DNA from: Octopus sinensis
Taxonomy: Eukaryota
Assembly: GCF_006345805.1 (NCBI RefSeq)
Contig: NW_021836188.1
Span: 1-25,052 of the forward strand
Length of the DNA: 25,052 bases
Reading direction: 5' to 3'
The notes beneath the pieces were generated by a model. It saw only the letters and a program-made list of their open reading frames with translations, was not told where the DNA came from and ran no database searches. Both the position numbers and the translations under genes were made by a program. Below, piece by piece: positions 19,734 to 25,052 of the stretch; position 1 is the stretch's first letter, and each line of letters begins with the position of its first letter.

Positions 19734-20985
19734 TATATTTATCATTCTGTATATTTATCATTCTGTCGAAACAGAGAATCCACTGCTAGTAACTTATAGA
19801 AAGAAAGGTTAAGGAAAGTAACTATGATATATATCTGGGTATTGATATTTATTTATGCACTGGATATATATAAAAGGACAAATAACGTCATAGTAAGCTG
19901 TCTTTGTAAAACGGAGCAAAATATTTGTACGTTTATCTAATAGTGCGAAATATTGCTAGTATCACATGAGATTAAATAAAACAATTATAAAGCAATTATA
20001 ATTCTTTATAAAAGATTTCGATAGAAATTTACATTATTAAACAAGCACATGAATATATATATAACCGTAAGATTTTAAATAATTTAAAATGAAGCATCAA
20101 TGTGTGAAAGAGATATATAGATTTAAAATTACTGCAGATAAAAGAGTACAAGAAGCAATAAAAAAAATGGGTGGGGGGTTATTTTGGGAAAGTGTGTCGA
20201 TGAAACTGAATTAGATGTTAGTAGGAAATGCCATCTGTAATGAGTTAAATGAATTAGGACGGGATATTTATAGTTGAAAGAAACTAAACGGTTTAGAGAT
20301 TTGAATTATACGAGTTCAGTAGCAAAGAATGCAATCGAGGAGGATGAAATTATTATTGAAATTATTGAATTATTGAAAATTAATAATATTCCTAGTTACT
20401 GGTATAAATTAATTATGTACGGAAGTTCATACAGACTACAATTTCATGGTTGCATTTATTTGGGCATGACAAAAATGGAATTGGGTTAATGTTAGTAAAA
20501 TGTCGAAAAAACAGAAAACAATACTCGTGAACTATGTATGCTTAGATGAATGGTTACAATGCAATGCATCATTTAGGTATATTGTGGTCGAAAAAGCCGG
20601 AAAAATTATAGGAAAAAGAGCAATTAGAGGGGAGCATTTTTTTTACGGATATGTGAAATAGAATGTAAGGAAGAACGTAGGCGGGAACAATAGCAGAATG
20701 GGAATATGCAGACGACGATGTACGTAAATAAATATTTAAAAAAAAAAGGGGGGATATCTAAAAGGTTTATGTATGGGTGAAAGAAATCTTTTTATCTTAT
20801 TTATGACTAAGGTATATGCAATGTATGAGAGGGGAAAAAGGATATTTTAGAGAAATTCAGATGTATATTTAAAAATATAAAGATGGAGGCTTTTAGCGTC
20901 CATCTTTATATAAGACAGGGAAAGAAAAAGGAATTTAGAAGCCATGGTTATGTAAAGATACTAGGACAACTACATAAATACAAAG

Positions 20986-21160
20986 ATATATTATATATAT
21001 ATTATATATATATATATATATATGTATATGTTATAATATATATAATAAATAATTATATATATAATATATATAATAATATATATATATATATGTATATATA
21101 TATATGTATGTATATATAATAAATAATATATATATATATATATATATATGTAATATATAT

Positions 21161-21226
<66 letters not shown>

Positions 21227-21282
21227 GTCTGTATATATAATAAATAATATATATATATATAATATATATGTATATAGATATA

Positions 21283-21342
<60 letters not shown>

Positions 21343-21498
21343 TTTATAATAGGGTTCAGCAAAGATTCGCTTCACCACAACCTAATTATAAAGTATTACT
21401 TACTTACCATGAAATGGTCTTTTTCATGCCGAATTCTACTTGGTGAAATTACTGATTACTTCTTAATTAATTAATTTTACCCTTTGCTATTATTGATA

Positions 21499-21545
<47 letters not shown>

Positions 21546-21550
21546 ATATA

Positions 21551-21590
<40 letters not shown>

Positions 21591-21612
21591 CTATATAATA
21601 TATATATATATA
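20986..21612 (+). repeat. (TA)n microsatellite blocks (20986-21341 and about 21497-21612)
   Basis: Directly visible. Confidence 0.9.
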
Positions 21613-22090
21613 GTACACATGCACATGTGGATACAAGACGTCACCAACTGTGCAAATAACATGAAATACGTAAACAGACGAGTTAAATGTGCAAACAACG
21701 AGAAGAAAAATGGAAAACAGGACAAGTAAACACAGAGAAAGGACCCTTCATCAGTTGTCGGCTGTCTATCTACTCCTCATTTCGAGCATTCAGCGACAAT
21801 ATGAGTCTTCAAAGACAGTTGCTCCCATAAATTCTGAAATAAAATTTACGATTTATGGAGGGTCAAATTTGGGAACAAAAAACATGACATTGACCTTCGA
21901 AACGCGGAGTAGATGAAACAAAGGCGACTGTATTGTATGTCCTGTACTCTATATTTTCGTTTTTTAAGAAAAATGTCCATTTCCTTGGTTTTGTGTTCAT
22001 GTTTTCGTTTCTCATTGTGTTCGACGTTTTATTTGGTGTCCTGTACCCATATATACATGTATATATACATGTAGAGGTAGGTAGGTACAT
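21613..22090. mobile_element. Possible Penelope-type element made of two diverged, outward-facing arms, embedded in (TA)-rich repeats
   Basis: Minus cgaaatgaggagtagat (21768-21784) versus plus cgaaacgcggagtagat (21898-21914). The distal ends are also related (ggtgacgtcttgtatccacatgtgcatgtgta versus ggtgtcctgtacccatatatacatgtata). Confidence 0.45.
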
Positions 22091-22189
22091 GTATGTATGT
22101 ATGTATGTATATATGCATATGTTTTTTTTTTTTTATTAATTTATATATAAATATATATATATATAATATATATATAGTATATATATAAT

Positions 22190-22392
22190 TGTGACCTAAT
22201 GTGGTACCGTGAGCGATTTTTTTTTCTGTCTTCCCTTCTCTGGATCTTTCCTTCTCCTATTTTCCGACGAGAAGCTCCGCTCGAAACGTTAAACCCTCCT
22301 TCTTCCTTCTTTCCTGACCGTCCAATAATACTATCTTTGTTCCACGTCCTCGCGTTGTTGTGTTTTCTCTTTGTGTTTTCATGTTTGGATTA

Positions 22393-22398
<6 letters not shown>
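22190..22398 (+). mobile_element. Penelope-like pLTR fragment with a minimal hammerhead-like motif, in (TA)n
   Basis: tttccgacgagaagctccgctcgaaacgttaaa at 22261-22293. The downstream ttcctgaccg..aatac..tttgttccac..cct is related to the reverse complement of 2545-2613. Confidence 0.65.
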
Positions 22399-22428
<30 letters not shown>

Positions 22429-22502
22429 TCTTTAGATATATATTAACTTTATATATATATAATATATATATATTAACTTTATATATATATATATATATAT
22501 TC

Positions 22503-22728
22503 TCTTGGCACTCCTCGGGTACGACAACGACGGTTCCCGTTGATTCGATCAACGGAACAACAGCCTGCTAGTGGAATTAGCGTGCAAGTGGCTGAGCACC
22601 CCTCAGATGCGTCTACACTTAACGTAGTTCCCAGGGAGATTTAGCGTGACACAGAATGTGACAAGGCTGGCCTTTTGAATTACAGGTACCATTCCCTTTT
22701 GCCAGTTGAGTGGACTGGGGCAACGTGT
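22503..22728 (-). mobile_element. 3' part of a third SINE family (CORE-like segment)
   Basis: The minus strand reads cacgttgccccagtccactcaactggcaaaaagggaatggtacctgtaa, resembling the 3' half of the CORE domain, followed by a body I recall as an abundant octopus repeat. Only one copy in this window. Confidence 0.55.
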
Positions 22729-22780
22729 CTATACATGGCAATGTTTAAATACGCACACAAACACAAGCACATCAAAATTT

Positions 22781-23164
22781 AGGAGTGGCTGTGTGGTAAA
22801 TAGCTTGCTTACCAACCACATGGGGCAAGTGTCTTCTACTAAAGCCTCGGAACGACCAAAGTCTTGTGAGTGGATTTGGTAGACAGAAACTGAAAGAAGC
22901 CCGTCATATGTATGTATATATATGTGTGTGTGTGTGTGTATGTATGTTTGTGTGTCTGTGTTTGTCCCCCACCCCAACATCGCTTGACAACCGATTCTGG
23001 TGTGTTTACATCCCCGTGACTTAGCGGTTCGACAAAAGAGACCGATAGAATAAGTACTAGGCTTACAAAGAATAAGTCCCGGGGTCGATTTTCTCGACTA
23101 AAGGCGGTGCTCCTGCATGGCCACGTTCAAATGACTGAAACAAGTAAAAGAGTAAAAGAGTAAA
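22781..23164 (+). mobile_element. CORE-type SINE with the B-box region deleted
   Basis: ccacatgg is joined directly to ggcaagtg (about 30 nt lost); the rest is colinear and ends in the (gtaaaaga)n tail. Confidence 0.95.
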
Positions 23165-23377
23165 TTACAGACGTGGTGGTAACTAACGGCGGAAAAATTA
23201 CAGGAAAAGTGACGTTGTTATTTCAAATGTGGAAATCTGGAGAATAGCTCTTACTTGAATATGATTTTATGGTCTCGTTCACAAAAATAATATAATCAAT
23301 TAATCAATTAATTAATTAATTAACTAATGGTTTTCAAAATCTGAAGTCTTGGTGTACTTCATTAAGGAAGTGAAGAG

Positions 23378-23398
23378 TATCTATCTATCAATCTATCA

Positions 23399-23470
<72 letters not shown>

Positions 23471-23475
23471 GTCTG

Positions 23476-23520
<45 letters not shown>

Positions 23521-23565
23521 GTCTATCTATCTATCAATATGTGTACACACACACACACACACACA
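23378..23565 (+). repeat. (ATCT)/(GTCT)/(CA) compound microsatellite
   Basis: Directly visible. Confidence 0.9.
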
Positions 23566-23630
23566 ATGGAAACTGTTAATACACTCATGGATAATGCAAT
23601 CAATCTATCTATCTATCTATTTATCTATCT

Positions 23631-23758
23631 ATTAGTATAACGCTCAGGAATAGAAAAAGTCTTTTACGTTTCGAGCCTACGCTCTTCTATAGAAAGGGAC
23701 ACAGAAAAAACAAGGAGAGAAAAAAAGGAGAGAAAAAATGTGTGTAGTGGCTAACGAT

Positions 23759-23765
<7 letters not shown>
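23631..23765 (-). mobile_element. Second copy of the Penelope-like pLTR seen at 2531-2738, with a mutated hammerhead core (CUAUAGA)
   Basis: attagtataacgctcaggaatagaaaaagtcttttacgtttcgagcctacgctcttc closely matches 2594-2656. Confidence 0.75.
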
Positions 23766-23793
<28 letters not shown>

Positions 23794-23794
<1 letters not shown>

Positions 23795-24200
23795 CTCTCT
23801 TTTTTTTTTTACTTGTTTCAGTCATTTGACTGCGGCCATGCTGGAGCACCAGCTTTAGTCGAGCAAATCGACCCCGGGACTTATTCTTTGTAAGCCCAGT
23901 ACTTATTCATCGGTCTATTTTGCCGAACGTTTAAGTGACGGGGACGTAAACACACCAGCATCGGTTGTCAAGCAATGCTAGGGGGACAAACACAGACACA
24001 CAAACATATACACACACACACTTTTATATATATACATATATAGACAGCTTCTTTCAGTTTCCGTCTACCAAATCCACTCACAAGGCATTGGTCGGCCGGG
24101 GCTATAGCAGAAGACACTTGCCCAAGATGCCACGCAGTGGACTGAACCCGGAACCATGTGGTTGGTTAGCAAGCTACTTACCACACAGCCACTCTGCGCC
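23794..24200 (-). mobile_element. Full-length CORE-type SINE inserted in (TA)n
   Basis: The body matches the other copies; (TA)n on both sides. Confidence 0.96.
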
Positions 24201-24290
24201 TATATATATATATATATTCAGAGTGAGGGGCTAAAGAGATAGATAGATAGACGTCATATATAAATATATATATATATATTATTATATTTG

Positions 24291-24324
<34 letters not shown>

Positions 24325-24572
24325 ATAACATCTATACATTATATACACATACATAGATACATACATGCATGCATACATACATAATACTCACACACAAACA
24401 TATACTTGCATATGGATGTTTGCACATACATATACATCGACACACACTATTAGCATATGTTAGTATATGTATGTACGCGAATGTATATGTATGCATGTAT
24501 ATATGTGTGTGTGTACACCCACCCACAACCACATGCTCGCACCCCTATATACGAATCATTCGTTAAACTCAC

Positions 24573-24676
24573 CGACCGCTCGAACACACTCCATTCGTTG
24601 CGGTCACTGGGTTGTTCGTTTCTTTCTGTTTTTTGGTTTTTTTTTTGTTTCTTTGCTTCTTCTTCTTGCTCGCCAT
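24573..24676 (-). CDS. Candidate first coding exon of an unidentified gene (Lys-rich N-terminus)
   Basis: ATGGCG at 24676 opens MASKKKKQRNKKKTKKQKETNNPVTATNGVCSSG followed by CG|GTGAGT, a consensus donor at 24572 (phase 2). Non-repetitive CpG-rich sequence lies upstream. No downstream exon was identified. Confidence 0.5.
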
Positions 24677-24935
24677 TCAAACATTCGAGTTCGTCATTCG
24701 TAAACCGATGTCCAGTCAGCTGTGGTCGCAGGTTCGAGTCAAGCTGTGCGTGTCAGCTGCACCGCTCGTGCCATTGTTACACTGACGTGCGCTTTTTTCA
24801 AATGGAGCGAAAAGGAGCGAAAACAGACGGACGCGACGTCTTCTTCCCTTCCTCCGTAGTGAGTGAGTGAGGCACGGGGCAGAGCGACAGGGCGACAAGG
24901 GCGGCTGGGCGACAGGGTGGCAGGGCGTACAGCGT
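24677..24935 (-). promoter_or_regulatory. CpG-rich candidate 5' UTR/promoter of the minus-strand gene
   Basis: GC- and CpG-rich relative to the window. CAGCTG E-boxes at about 24717 and 24755, TGACGT at 24783, and three gcgacaRgg repeats at about 24883-24918. Confidence 0.4.
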
Positions 24936-25052
24936 TTATCCTTTGGTTTTAGAATGGACTGTCTGTCTGTCGTACACTCCGCCTTTCGTCTTTGAAAGAT
25001 TTACTTCCAGTGATCATCCGCAATTAAATTAGATTGTTGAAAGTTGGGTGGT

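Noticed and set aside
21742-21790. Type II (permuted) hammerhead: gctcGAAA...CTGATGAagggt on the minus strand
   Set aside because: Stems I and III cannot be paired convincingly.
24728-24742. GGTTCGAGTC B-box suggesting a tRNA
   Set aside because: No cloverleaf or properly spaced A-box could be built around it.

Overview
Repeat-dense, AT-rich eukaryotic genomic DNA, almost certainly from an octopus (coleoid cephalopod), judged from the SINE families and the extreme microsatellite content. There is no intact multi-exon gene, and nearly all long ORFs in the track are microsatellite artefacts. Contents: about 9 copies or fragments of a tRNA-derived CORE-type SINE, copies of two other SINE families, two RTE LINE remnants, two 5'-truncated copies of an L1/Tx1-clade LINE both inserted in (ATCT)n, a DD34D-type mariner remnant, a DD37D (maT) remnant with a nested SINE and a nested Helitron, a Helentron-like fragment, a tRNA-Val(CAC) pseudogene and a candidate first coding exon on the minus strand at about 24.6 kb. 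The most interesting signals are three. (i) A fully canonical type I hammerhead ribozyme (6767-6827, minus) sits inside a ~198-bp near-perfect inverted repeat inserted in (TA)n, and several other Penelope-type pLTR pieces carry minimal, variant-core hammerhead motifs. (ii) The Tx1-like LINE appears to target (ATCT)n in a fixed phase. (iii) That LINE appears to share its 3' tail with a Nin-domain SINE. All calls were made by eye, with no database search or folding software.
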